Positions 1 through 9,374 are shown, numbered from the stretch's first letter. The stretch: 37,498 nt of DNA from Patescibacteria group bacterium (GCA_040384765.1 JAZKIQ010000001.1:122627-160124), one strand, 5' to 3'. A program made the numbers and translations. Notes: generated by a model from the letters alone, not told the origin.

Positions 1-1569
1 GAGGAGGACCATCGGTTCCTGAGCAACCCCGAAGGTGAGATCACCCGAGTGTTCGGCAAGGCGGGTGTCCACGAGACTGAGATGGAGGCTATTTTGTATG
101 AATCTGGAATCGACGAGGCGTTCCCTCCAGATGTAGAGGCCGAGGCAGAATCGATCCCTCGCGTCATCACGGAAGCAGATATTTCATATCGCCGAGACTT
201 TCGTGGTGTACCCACCTGTACAATCGACCCGGTAGATGCCAAAGATTTTGATGACGCACTCTCTTTCCAGGAGATCAAAAGTGAGGACGGAAAGAAGATG
301 TACGAAATAGGCGTACATATCGCAGACGCCTCGCACTATGTTACGGAGGACTCCGCACTCGACCGCGAAGCAATGCGCCGTGCTACGTCGGTCTATATGG
401 TAGACCGCGTAGTTCCGATGCTTCCCGAGGTGCTTTCAAATGGTCTCTGTTCTCTCCGCCCCAACGAAGACAAGCTCACCTTTTCAGCTGTATTTCACCT
501 CGACGAGGATGCAAACGTCGTAAAAGAGTGGTTTGGTAAAACGATCATCCATTCAAACAAGCGCTTTACGTACGAAGAAGCGCAGGAAGTGCTCGACAAA
601 GGCGAAGGACCGATGGCGGGAGAGCTCAAAAAAATGAACGAGCTTGCATACAAGCTCCGTGACAAGAAATTCGCAGCAGGTGCTATCGCATTTGAAGACG
701 AAGAGATTCGCTTTCATCTCGATGAAACCGGCAAGCCAATAGGCGTATACAAGAAGGTGCGCGGCGACACCCATAAAATGATCGAGGACTACATGCTTCT
801 TGCCAACCGCAAGGTAGCAGAGTTCGTCTCACGCAAATTTGAACACAAGCATTTTGTGTATCGCAACCACGATCTGCCAAATATCGATCGCATCGCGCAG
901 CTCTCCTCCTTTATCCAAAACTTTGGCTACTCGCTCAAAATCTCAGGCGGCGTGGTACCTTCGCGCGACATCAACGAGCTGTTGGTACGCATCGACGGAG
1001 AGCCGGAGGCAAAGCTGATCCAGACATCGATCCTCCGCTCCATGGCAAAGGCTGTCTACTCCACAAAAAATATTGGCCACTACGGCCTCGCCTTCGACCA
1101 TTACACTCACTTCACCTCACCTATTCGCCGCTACCCAGACATCATGGTGCATCGCCTCCTCCACGCATATCTCTCCGGCAAAGAGACCAAGGACCAGGCA
1201 CACTATGAGCGGCTCTGTGCCCACTCGGGTGAGATGGAGGTAAAAGCAGTAGAGGCGGAGCGCGCTAGCCAGAAATATAAGCAGGTAGAGTATATTAAAG
1301 AGCGAATCGGCCAGGAGTTTGATGGCGTGATCAACGGCGTCACCAAATGGGGAATGTTCGTCGAGACAGTCAACGAAAAGTGTGAAGGGATGATCCGTCT
1401 TGCGGATATGAATGACGACTTCTACACCCTCGACGAAGGCACCTATTCACTGGTAGGGCAAAACACCGGCAAGCGTCTCCGCCTCGGCGACCAGATACGT
1501 GTGCGCGTAAAAGGCGCAGACCTCGAGAAAAAAATGATCGACTTCCAGTTAATAGAAAAGAAAAGCTAG
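1..1569 (+). CDS. rnr: Ribonuclease R (5'-partial)
   Basis: RNB motif TIDPVDAKDFDDALS, HFTSPIRRYPD, C-terminal S1 domain; frame open from base 1. Confidence 0.95.
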   Translation, partial: EEDHRFLSNPEGEITRVFGKAGVHETEMEAILYESGIDEAFPPDVEAEAESIPRVITEADISYRRDFRGVPTCTIDPVDAKDFDDALSFQEIKSEDGKKMYEIGVHIADASHYVTEDSALDREAMRRATSVYMVDRVVPMLPEVLSNGLCSLRPNEDKLTFSAVFHLDEDANVVKEWFGKTIIHSNKRFTYEEAQEVLDKGEGPMAGELKKMNELAYKLRDKKFAAGAIAFEDEEIRFHLDETGKPIGVYKKVRGDTHKMIEDYMLLANRKVAEFVSRKFEHKHFVYRNHDLPNIDRIAQLSSFIQNFGYSLKISGGVVPSRDINELLVRIDGEPEAKLIQTSILRSMAKAVYSTKNIGHYGLAFDHYTHFTSPIRRYPDIMVHRLLHAYLSGKETKDQAHYERLCAHSGEMEVKAVEAERASQKYKQVEYIKERIGQEFDGVINGVTKWGMFVETVNEKCEGMIRLADMNDDFYTLDEGTYSLVGQNTGKRLRLGDQIRVRVKGADLEKKMIDFQLIEKKS

Positions 1570-1580
1570 CTGTCCAACCT

Positions 1581-1617
1581 AAAAGAAAAACCGCCAGACT
1601 GTGGCGGTTTTTCTTTT
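1581..1617. terminator. Bidirectional intrinsic terminator
   Basis: AAAAGAAAAACCGCCA-gactg-TGGCGGTTTTTCTTTT between convergent genes. Confidence 0.85.
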
Positions 1618-1624
1618 AACAACA

Positions 1625-2752
1625 CTATCTATTCGCGATAACCCCGACCCAGTGGTCGACGACAGCATAATCCTCGGGATGTTCCTCCTTAAACTTTTCT
1701 TTATCCTTAAAGTACTCCTTTTGGATCTCAGCCCAATACTCTCCTGTTTTTATCTCAAAAAGTATCTGCTTTTTTTCCTCTTCCGAAAGCTCCTTTTCCT
1801 TACTCCCTGGATGATAGAGGCCGAGTTCTTTTATCGTAATGTTTTCGACATACTTAGAACGAAAACGATCTTCTGCCAATAGTCTGCCGATGACATCGGT
1901 AAGCATATCGATTCGCTCAAAATTGGTGAGCGATGCACTGTTTGACCAGTCGTTTGGATGCCCCATCTCATGCATGAGTGTCGCAAGAAACGCCGCCTTG
2001 TCGTACCCCTTGCGAACATCATAAATAGTGATCGGCGCTCGTTTCACTTTTTCCTGTTCCTTTTCATACTTCACATATCGTGTCGAGTAGTCGTATATAT
2101 ACCCTTTCACTCCGTCTTTTCGATACTCCGCAATAAACTCAATGCCAGCCACAGAGCTGAAGATATATTTCTTCGGATATGTATCGTGCATGAAGTCCGT
2201 AAACGCTTCGGGTGCGAGGCCTTCTATCTTGTCTACGTTTTTAACGGTAAAGGTATCAATCGGCTGGTCGCGGGGAGTCCACCGCTCCTTGAAATGCTTG
2301 CATAGACTCTCCTCGAGTTCTACCTCGTCTCTATGTGCCGGATCTTTCCGAGCCTCTTCGAGAAGATGCAGCTCTTTCAAGTCATTTTTTATGCCTCGAA
2401 AAAGAAGGAACGGCTCGATAGCCTTACCGCACACGTCACGTATCAGGGCCACCTTTGCCCGTGTCTTATGCTCTTTGAGCTCTTTATCAAACTCACGCAG
2501 CTTCTCCTGCCTTGCCTCCCAGGCGGCGTCGTGCACCACCTCGACAGTCGTCTTCTTCTCCGGCGTAGCCTCTTTTGTTTCGGCGAATGCGACGGGGGCC
2601 GCTTCGGCCGCCATACCCACGGCAAGCGCAAGAGCGATCGCTTTGACATGGCCCTCCCACCACTCGGGCGACGGCTCACCTTCGCGCGCGGCTTCGACGA
2701 GCGTACCCTTACTCTTCTCTTTTTCTCGATGTCCGGTCCATTTTTCCATCAT
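1625..2752 (-). CDS. Membrane-anchored/secreted protein with zincin-like HExxH motif
   Basis: Hydrophobic segment (IALALAVGMAA), MHEMGH and downstream EYWAE; -10 TAGACT 7 nt before ATG. Confidence 0.7.
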   Translation of the reverse strand: MMEKWTGHREKEKSKGTLVEAAREGEPSPEWWEGHVKAIALALAVGMAAEAAPVAFAETKEATPEKKTTVEVVHDAAWEARQEKLREFDKELKEHKTRAKVALIRDVCGKAIEPFLLFRGIKNDLKELHLLEEARKDPAHRDEVELEESLCKHFKERWTPRDQPIDTFTVKNVDKIEGLAPEAFTDFMHDTYPKKYIFSSVAGIEFIAEYRKDGVKGYIYDYSTRYVKYEKEQEKVKRAPITIYDVRKGYDKAAFLATLMHEMGHPNDWSNSASLTNFERIDMLTDVIGRLLAEDRFRSKYVENITIKELGLYHPGSKEKELSEEEKKQILFEIKTGEYWAEIQKEYFKDKEKFKEEHPEDYAVVDHWVGVIANR

Positions 2753-2776
2753 AAAAGTAAGTCTAAATGCTCTTTA

Positions 2777-4756
2777 CTATTTTTCGAACTGCACCGAAAG
2801 TACCCGAGAGGTTCCATCCCCAGCCATGGTCACGCCATAAAGCAGGTGCGCACGCGCCATAGTCTCGCGATTGTGCGTTATGACGATAAGCTGAGAGCGG
2901 CCAGAGAGGCGGTCGAGCATATCTCCATAGCGGCGGGAGTTGGACTCATCGAGCGCGGCATCGGTCTCATCGAGCACTAAAAAGGGTGGCGGGTTCACCT
3001 GAGACATGGCAAAGAGAAGCGCAATAGAGGCGAGCGATCGCTCGCCTCCCGAAAGAAGCTGGAGCGATTTTACCCTTTTGTGGGGAAGGGAGACCGCTAC
3101 ATCGAGCCCATACTCTTCGGCTTCGCCCTCATCTGAAATAAGGACTCGCGAAAGCGCCGCCTCTCCACCACCGAAGAGTACTCCAAAAAATTCGCCAAAC
3201 TGTCCATTGATCTTTTGGATACCCTCTTCAAACTCGCGCTCGATACGCATTGAAAGCTCACTCATAATTCCCCCGAGCGCCTTTTCTGAATTTTTGAGAT
3301 CCTCAATCTGAGATGACAGATGCAGATCTCGCCGTGCAAGCTCTGCATGCTCGGCACGTATCGACTCATCGATCGAGCCGAGCTCCTCAAAGCGGATTGC
3401 CAGCCGCTCAAGCTCGCGGCGACGAGTAGCAAGGTCGAGTCCACTCTCCTCCGCAGTGATATTTTCATATGCAAGTACGGGGCGCCCAACACGAGTGATA
3501 GCATCCCGAAGATCTGCATGAAACTGCTCCTCTCGAAGCACCAGGCCGCGCTTCTCCTCCTCGAGCCGAGCCACGGCACGAGAAAGCTCCGAGCGACGTG
3601 CTATGCGCTCGCGAAGCAGCCCCTCTTCTGCACGGGCTGCCACGAGGGCTGCCTCCATGCCAGCAAGCCGAGACTCGAGTTCGTTTTTTTCTCCAGAAAG
3701 CGCTTCGATATCAAAAATGGCTCTGCCTTCTTCTCTCAAAACTGGAGGTTGGTCAGAAGTATGCCCTAGGGCTTCGGGCAGTAACTGACCACACGTGCGA
3801 CACAGGGTAGTTTGCCCAGAGACTGACTGTTCGTGTATGAACTGATCAGCAGTTATCGCCTCATCCTCCATGCTTTTCGCCGCGGCAATGACACCCTCGA
3901 TCCTTCCAAGAGACCTCACCAGCTGCTCTTTCTCAAAAAGAAGTGCCCGCGTCTGTTCGCGGCCTGCTTCAAAATTAACCTCCGGATACTCAAGCTGTTT
4001 CTCAGCAAAAAAAATCTCTTGCCGGTCAAGATCAGTCCGCATCGCCGAAAGTGCATCGCGCTCAAGCGCAAAGTAGCTCACATAGGAGCTCGTGAGCTCA
4101 TCGCGCACAGCATAAAATCGCTCGAGCTTTTCAATCTCCGCAGCAAGGTAGCGCAGCTGAGGGAGAAGCTCGCGGCGAAGCATAACAGCCTCTTTGAGAT
4201 TCTTCTCTACGAGCAGCCGCTTCCCTACCGTTTCCTTTATTTTGTACTGATAGATGTTAAGACCGAGAGCCTCCTCGATCATCTCGCGACGCATATCTGG
4301 CTTTGCCATAAGCAGCCGGTCAGCTTCGCCTTGCGAAATAATATGGTAGCTTGTGCCGCCAATCCCAATCGAAGAAAGCAACTCAAGAATATCTTTAAGG
4401 CGAACCACCGATCCATTTACGAGATATCGATTGGTGCCATCACGGTACACTTCGCGCGAAACAATAACATCATCGAATTCAATAGGAATTCGCCGAGCAC
4501 GGTTGTCGAAGGTCAGGCTGACAGCCGCGCGATTTTGTCGAGGGATTGTTTTTGACCCGTTGAAAATGAGATCTTCGCCACGTTTGCCACGCACCGACTT
4601 CATAGATTGCTCGCCAAGCACCCACCGGAGAGCCTCCGCCACGTTTGATTTGCCGGAGCCATTCGGGCCTACAATGGCAGAAACCCGAGCGCCAAGGTCG
4701 AGCTTTGTTTTCCTGTCGAATGATTTAAAACCGTGTAGTTCGAGGCCTTTCAGCAT
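2777..4756 (-). CDS. smc: SMC-family ATPase, short (659 aa), central CxxC
   Basis: GFKSF, Walker A GPNGSGKSN, signature LSGGE, Walker B/D-loop LDETDAALD, ITHN, coiled coils; -10 TATACT 6 nt before ATG. Confidence 0.9.
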   Translation of the reverse strand: MLKGLELHGFKSFDRKTKLDLGARVSAIVGPNGSGKSNVAEALRWVLGEQSMKSVRGKRGEDLIFNGSKTIPRQNRAAVSLTFDNRARRIPIEFDDVIVSREVYRDGTNRYLVNGSVVRLKDILELLSSIGIGGTSYHIISQGEADRLLMAKPDMRREMIEEALGLNIYQYKIKETVGKRLLVEKNLKEAVMLRRELLPQLRYLAAEIEKLERFYAVRDELTSSYVSYFALERDALSAMRTDLDRQEIFFAEKQLEYPEVNFEAGREQTRALLFEKEQLVRSLGRIEGVIAAAKSMEDEAITADQFIHEQSVSGQTTLCRTCGQLLPEALGHTSDQPPVLREEGRAIFDIEALSGEKNELESRLAGMEAALVAARAEEGLLRERIARRSELSRAVARLEEEKRGLVLREEQFHADLRDAITRVGRPVLAYENITAEESGLDLATRRRELERLAIRFEELGSIDESIRAEHAELARRDLHLSSQIEDLKNSEKALGGIMSELSMRIEREFEEGIQKINGQFGEFFGVLFGGGEAALSRVLISDEGEAEEYGLDVAVSLPHKRVKSLQLLSGGERSLASIALLFAMSQVNPPPFLVLDETDAALDESNSRRYGDMLDRLSGRSQLIVITHNRETMARAHLLYGVTMAGDGTSRVLSVQFEK

Positions 4757-4896
4757 GCATCTAGTATACAGAAAAGTTGCCCTTTCCCTTAGAGTCCGCT
4801 CAAGATCTCGAACGGACTCTCATAGCCTGCTCCTCCGGGTCGTGCTAGCATTTTTGAAGAACCCGAGTCCCCAAAACGCGCACAGCAAGGAGCGCC

Positions 4897-5391
4897 ATGC
4901 ACCACACCCACGCGGACGAGCCAGTAGTGCCGTTCGTAGACCGACCGTTCTGGATCGTCGCAGGATCGACCACCAAGCTCAGGCCTGGTACGTTTATGAC
5001 GCCGGTTGGCCCGCCGGGCGAGATCGAGAAGATCGAACGCTGGATCCAGGCGGCGAGCAGCTGTCTGCAGACGTTCCTGCGAAATGACCGGAGGCTGCTT
5101 GCGTCGCTTGTGTACAAGATGACGCTCTCCTATCCCGAGCCGCTTCTCGTGCTCGAGGAGAGGGTGCCTCATCCGTTTGGGCACACCTGGAGGCTCATCA
5201 TCCCGTCGATCCCGTGTGCACACCGGCAGGTCGAGTACCTCCTCTTCCGCGCGAGCGACAACAACGACACCAGCTCCCCCGAGCATGCACTGCATCTCGA
5301 TCCTCCCACGCGGATGTTCAACCTGATCAGGACGCTCTCGGACGAGAACGCCTCGAAGCCCGAGATCATGAGGCGTATCTTCGATCAGTAA
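4897..5391 (+). CDS. Hypothetical orphan protein
   Basis: 164 aa ORF, SD AAGGAG, followed by hairpin terminator. Confidence 0.7.
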   Translation: MHHTHADEPVVPFVDRPFWIVAGSTTKLRPGTFMTPVGPPGEIEKIERWIQAASSCLQTFLRNDRRLLASLVYKMTLSYPEPLLVLEERVPHPFGHTWRLIIPSIPCAHRQVEYLLFRASDNNDTSSPEHALHLDPPTRMFNLIRTLSDENASKPEIMRRIFDQ

Positions 5392-5403
5392 CTGGAAGCC
5401 CCG

Positions 5404-5429
5404 ACGGCCATGCAGCAATGCATGGCCGT
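5404..5429. terminator. Hairpin terminator (11-bp stem, GCAA loop)
   Basis: ACGGCCATGCA-GCAA-TGCATGGCCGT between convergent genes. Confidence 0.75.
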
Positions 5430-5449
5430 TATCTATTTAAACAGGCCTA

Positions 5450-5983
5450 CTAGAGGGATGCCATCACCCGATCTAATCGATCCTTGCCAACCGCCCTCTC
5501 AGCTTTCTTCAAAAATTCAAAAAGTACCAGCGCATCGTCGAGAGCGCGATGTCTCCGATCTACCGCAATCCCCCATCTTTCAATTATCGTATCAAGGTTG
5601 TGTCGCTCCTGCTCAGGAAAAAGCTTGCGCGAAAGCCTCACCGTACAGAGACAATCCGCCGAAAAAGGGATAGCCGAGCGGTTGAACTCACTTTTCAAAA
5701 AACCGTAATCAAAGCGCGCATTATGCGCAACAAAAACAGATCCATCGAGTTTCGAAGAGAGCTCGTCCGCGATATCTTCAAAAGGGGGTGCGCCTCGGAG
5801 GTCAGCATTGGTGATCCCTGTGATACTGGATATAAAAGCAGGCACCGGCCCGCGCGGATAGATGAGCTGCTCGTATTGCTCCACGATCGCACCATCTTCC
5901 ACAATAAGCACGCCTACCTCAATAACGCGATGATAGATCGCACTTCCCCCTGTAGTCTCAACATCCACAATCGCCATTCGCAT
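5450..5983 (-). CDS. DEDDh 3'-5' exonuclease (DnaQ/epsilon-like), stand-alone
   Basis: VDVETTG, AHNARFD, HRALDDA motifs; -10 TACAAT 7 nt before ATG. Confidence 0.92.
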   Translation of the reverse strand: MRMAIVDVETTGGSAIYHRVIEVGVLIVEDGAIVEQYEQLIYPRGPVPAFISSITGITNADLRGAPPFEDIADELSSKLDGSVFVAHNARFDYGFLKSEFNRSAIPFSADCLCTVRLSRKLFPEQERHNLDTIIERWGIAVDRRHRALDDALVLFEFLKKAERAVGKDRLDRVMASL

Positions 5984-6028
5984 AAAGCGTATTGTACGCG
6001 AGCGCGAATGGGAAAGAAAACTTAGTAT

Positions 6029-6461
6029 AAAATAGAAAGCCGCGACAAGTTGAGGGTGAAGATATCACCAAACAACGAGACGCGGCTATAGTCATCCGAG
6101 ACGGATGAAAGAACAGGTGGTCCATCGCTATGCAGGATGTCCTGCGCAGCGCGACCGGCGAAATCATGAGTCGAAGAAAGTACCGCGGCTCTCCTTGGCT
6201 GGCTGCCAAGTGAACCACGGTATCGACGACCGGAGGATGTGTGAACTCGAACACGGTAACCGACAGGAGCTCGAGAAATTCACCGGCAGAGCGCGCTCTG
6301 CGACTCTGCTTTTCTTTCCGTGACCCTTTAGCATCTCCACGGCACCGTCGGCGCGGCGGGATGGGGTCTTCACGACTTTTTCAAGGAACACTCACGTACG
6401 AAACCCGGGTAGAACAGCACGAGGTGTCCAGCTGGGTGCACAGACGGTGGCCTACCGTCAT
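6029..6461 (-). ncRNA. Candidate structured non-coding transcript A (~430 nt)
   Basis: Between sigma70 promoter at 6468-6495 and terminator-like stem with U-tract at 6029-6087; many hairpins; no convincing ORF. Confidence 0.4.
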
Positions 6462-6467
6462 AAATCC

Positions 6468-6495
6468 AGTATACCACCTATATAGAAAGTGTCAA
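6468..6495 (-). promoter_or_regulatory. sigma70 promoter TTGACA-N16-TATACT with TG extension
   Basis: Direct consensus match on minus strand. Confidence 0.75.
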
Positions 6496-6543
6496 TACCC
6501 CTTTCCACACGGGGATAAACCGCAGCGATGGTATCCTTATCTC

Positions 6544-6999
6544 ATGGGAATCTATCGAACAGTGCTGCGTTTTTTTGACAAGCTCGAAGATCACATCCGC
6601 ATCTCGCTATCGCACTATCCAATCGCCTACTCAATTATTGGCGGCATCGGTGTGGTGCTCTTCTGGCGCGGCATATGGATGCTTGCCGACGAGCAGGGGC
6701 TCGGCAGCATCGAGTCACTCGTTGTATCGTTCTCGATCCTCCTCATGACGGGCCTCTTCGTATCGTTCTTTATTGGCGACAACATTATTATCACTGGCAT
6801 GCGCCATGAAAAGAAAGTTATCGACAAAACAGAGGATGAGATCGAGTTTGAGCTAGGCAGACTCACCCGAATCGAGGAAAAACTGAACAAAATAGAAAAA
6901 GAGCTCCGCAAAGAACGTACAGAGAAAAAACCTAAAAAAGAAGTTAGCCCACTAAGCGAGTCAATGCAGCCAGAGCTACGAACGCCCACGCAAGGTTAG
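6544..6999 (+). CDS. Membrane protein, 2 TM plus C-terminal coiled coil
   Basis: Start reassigned to ATG 6544 (TGgTATCCT 6 nt upstream); motif GGIGVVLFWRGIW. Confidence 0.8.
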   Translation: MGIYRTVLRFFDKLEDHIRISLSHYPIAYSIIGGIGVVLFWRGIWMLADEQGLGSIESLVVSFSILLMTGLFVSFFIGDNIIITGMRHEKKVIDKTEDEIEFELGRLTRIEEKLNKIEKELRKERTEKKPKKEVSPLSESMQPELRTPTQG

Positions 7000-7183
7000 G
7001 AATCGCTGGCTGGTACGCGCGCTTTTTCCACGACACCAGCGTCACTCCAAGGGCGCCTACAAAATTGAGAAGCTGAAAGGAAAGAGATCCCGAGCCTATT
7101 TTGCCCATGCTTACGAGCGCATACGCTCCCAAAATACACATTGCTCCTATCCACCCAAACGTTTCAATAGTTCGAGAGTTCAT
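6944..7183 (-). CDS. CBU_0592-like small membrane protein
   Basis: GWIGAMCILGAY...FQLLNFVGA...AYQPAIPN pattern, 3 TM. Confidence 0.75.
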   Translation of the reverse strand: MNSRTIETFGWIGAMCILGAYALVSMGKIGSGSLSFQLLNFVGALGVTLVSWKKRAYQPAIPNLAWAFVALAALTRLVG

Positions 7184-7443
7184 ATATAGAGATCAGGATA
7201 TTGTCGCTTCCTACTACCAAGCGTAAAGGCCGCTAAGGTAAATAGACCGAGAATCCACCATACGCTTGATTCTTGAGTACTTCCAAGCAGAGAGTGCAGT
7301 GATCCTGCCATAATCCAATAAAGTGTCTCGAGCGTACTCTTTGTATTTTCTCCGAGTTCGCGTCCGAATGGAAGTGGTATAGGCTTTCTGTATAAAAAGA
7401 GAGCTGCCCCGAGAACCAAAAGGGACATTTCTAAGATACTCAT
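7180..7443 (-). CDS. Small hypothetical membrane protein
   Basis: 87 aa hydrophobic ORF, ATGA overlap with next gene, TATAAT 6 nt before ATG. Confidence 0.7.
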   Translation of the reverse strand: MSILEMSLLVLGAALFLYRKPIPLPFGRELGENTKSTLETLYWIMAGSLHSLLGSTQESSVWWILGLFTLAAFTLGSRKRQYPDLYI

Positions 7444-7472
7444 TTTTTAATTATATAACAAACCGCCCTGTA

Positions 7473-7549
7473 GCGAGGAAGAGCTGAGCATCGAGAAGGG
7501 CTGTACTTAGAGGTACTGCCCTTCGAGTAGGCGGAAGCTCTGACAAAGC
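7473..7549. repeat. Interrupted-hairpin element (CGAGGA...GACAAAG family)
   Basis: GCGAGGAAGAGC...GTAC-ttagag-GTAC...GCTCTGACAAAGC; shares motif with 22720 and 34271 copies. Confidence 0.6.
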
Positions 7550-7567
7550 AAATCGAGATTTTAACCG

Positions 7568-8263
7568 CTACCGCCACTTCTTCACCACGAGACCTTGTCG
7601 AGCGGCCTCCTGCTCCGCTTCTTGCTTCGAAGGCCCCTTCGCCTCAACCACCAGCTCATTGCCGATATACAGACCGACAGTAAACGTTTTTGCATGATCT
7701 GGTCCCGACTCTGAAAGTACTTTATACGAGGGGGTGACGCCCGCTTTCTCCTGAGCTTTTTCCTGGAAAAAGCTTTTCGGGTCGTGCATGAGATTTCCCT
7801 CGAGGATCTCCTCTGTTTTTGGAATCAGATTTTTTGCAATAAAAAGCTGCGCGGCATCGTACCCCTGATCGAGGTAGATCGAACCGATAACCGACTCGAA
7901 CGTATTTGCGAGAATAAACTGGCGCGCGCGGCCTGTATCTTTTGCTTCACCCTTTGAAAGCAACAGATACTCATTGAGGCCAAGCGTCTGTGCAACGAGC
8001 GAAAGGGAGTTCGTATTCACGAGCGCACTACGGAGGCTTGTGAGCTCTCCCTCTGTCTTTTTAGGATACGAACGATACAGATGGTCAGTGATCACAAGCT
8101 CGAGTACTGCGTCCCCGAGAAACTCAAGCCGCTCATTATGAGCAAGCTTCACCTCGGGATGCTCGTTCAAATACGAACGATGAATAAACGCCTGTACAAG
8201 CGTATCTTTGTCCTTAAACACCACCCCCACGCAGGCCTCTATTTTTTCAAAATCTAGTGTCAT
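7568..8263 (-). CDS. rnc: Ribonuclease III
   Basis: HNERLEFLGDAVLEL signature, C-terminal dsRBD. Confidence 0.98.
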   Translation of the reverse strand: MTLDFEKIEACVGVVFKDKDTLVQAFIHRSYLNEHPEVKLAHNERLEFLGDAVLELVITDHLYRSYPKKTEGELTSLRSALVNTNSLSLVAQTLGLNEYLLLSKGEAKDTGRARQFILANTFESVIGSIYLDQGYDAAQLFIAKNLIPKTEEILEGNLMHDPKSFFQEKAQEKAGVTPSYKVLSESGPDHAKTFTVGLYIGNELVVEAKGPSKQEAEQEAARQGLVVKKWR

Positions 8264-8282
8264 ATCTGAATAGTGAAGATTA

Positions 8283-8465
8283 TTTTTGCGAGGCTCGACG
8301 GAACCCGATCTACAAAGCCTTACGGAAGCGTGGAGGCGCTGAGTAGAGAAAAATTCAGCGACCTAATTTTCTTAACGGTACTCCGTTTTAGAAAATGGAA
8401 GTACTCTTGTGGTGCAGAATTTTATCGTGCTTTGTAGATCGGGTTCTGGAGTCCCGCAGCAAAAA
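8283..8465. repeat. Long inverted-repeat element in nusB-rnc spacer
   Basis: Perfect 18-bp IR GAACCCGATCTACAAAGC (8301-8318 / 8429-8446) with imperfect outer extension. Confidence 0.8.
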
Positions 8466-9374
8466 TCATTTTTTTGAGATGATGCCAATTGCCTTTGCAA
8501 CAAGTGGCCGCACATCATCATACATGTCGAGATCCGCCACCTCCATCATCGGAAACCAGCGTGCATCATCGAGGCCGCCCGACTCCTTCAGATTCACCTC
8601 CTGCTTCGGGGAGTGAGCCACGAAGTACGATACTCGCTTACGAATCTTTCCCTTCTCCGGATCCGACGCGATATATTCGTTTACTCCGATAGACTCCTGT
8701 ACTTCTACAGGAAGCCCGATCTCCTCTTCTACCTCTTTGGCAGTACCCGCCTCGTCGGACATACCACCTTCTATGTGACCCTTGGGAAGAGTCCAGTAGC
8801 CGAAGATGTCGTGCACAAGCGCAATATACGTCTCCCCCCCGTCTCTCGCATACACAACAGCACCACCGAGCTTTTCAAGAGGAAGCTTTTCGCGCTCCTC
8901 GGGCGTGAGGTCATTCTTCTTCTTTTTCTTCTTGGTCGTCTCTTCCTTGCCTGGCTCGCCAATCTCTTTGTAGATAGTACCAAGCACGCCGTTTACAAAC
9001 TTTCCGGAAGTCTCGCCGCCGAACGTTTTTGCAAGCTCGATCGCCTCATTGATCGCCACTTTTGCTGGCACCTCGTTGCGGTCAGTGAAAAGAAGCTCGA
9101 AAAGCCCAATACGGAGGATGGTGCGGTCTACCGGCGCTATCTGAGCGATAGGCCACTCGGGAGCAGCTTTTACAATAATCTCATCAAGCTGAGGAACCTT
9201 CTCAAGAACATTCTGAGCAAGCGTTTCGATAAAGGTGCGGTCGGTTATGCCAGGGGCAAACTCTTCCGCAGTCCGAAACAGGATCTCGTGCAACCGCTCT
9301 TTGGTGTATCCATGAAAGTCGAGCTCAAAGAGCGACTGCATCACGATACTCCGTGAGAGATGTCTATTTGCCAT
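8466..9374 (-). CDS. nusB: NusB antitermination factor fused to C-terminal Nudix domain
   Basis: NusB motifs [29 protein letters not shown]; then WTLPKGHIE...KEVEEEIGL Nudix box. Confidence 0.92.
   Translation of the reverse strand: MANRHLSRSIVMQSLFELDFHGYTKERLHEILFRTAEEFAPGITDRTFIETLAQNVLEKVPQLDEIIVKAAPEWPIAQIAPVDRTILRIGLFELLFTDRNEVPAKVAINEAIELAKTFGGETSGKFVNGVLGTIYKEIGEPGKEETTKKKKKKNDLTPEEREKLPLEKLGGAVVYARDGGETYIALVHDIFGYWTLPKGHIEGGMSDEAGTAKEVEEEIGLPVEVQESIGVNEYIASDPEKGKIRKRVSYFVAHSPKQEVNLKESGGLDDARWFPMMEVADLDMYDDVRPLVAKAIGIISKK

Noticed and set aside
2142-5418. Long antisense/shadow ORFs (2142-2840, 2333-2980, 3833-4555, 4353-5087, 4789-5418)
   Set aside because: They overlap well-supported genes on the opposite strand and show no motifs or start signals
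5958-6461. Single in-frame TGA joining the 26-aa ORF to the 5958-6254 ORF, suggesting recoding or readthrough
   Set aside because: TGA is a normal stop for nusB, rpmF and rnhB; the extended frame runs through the terminator into dnaQ and is not protein-like
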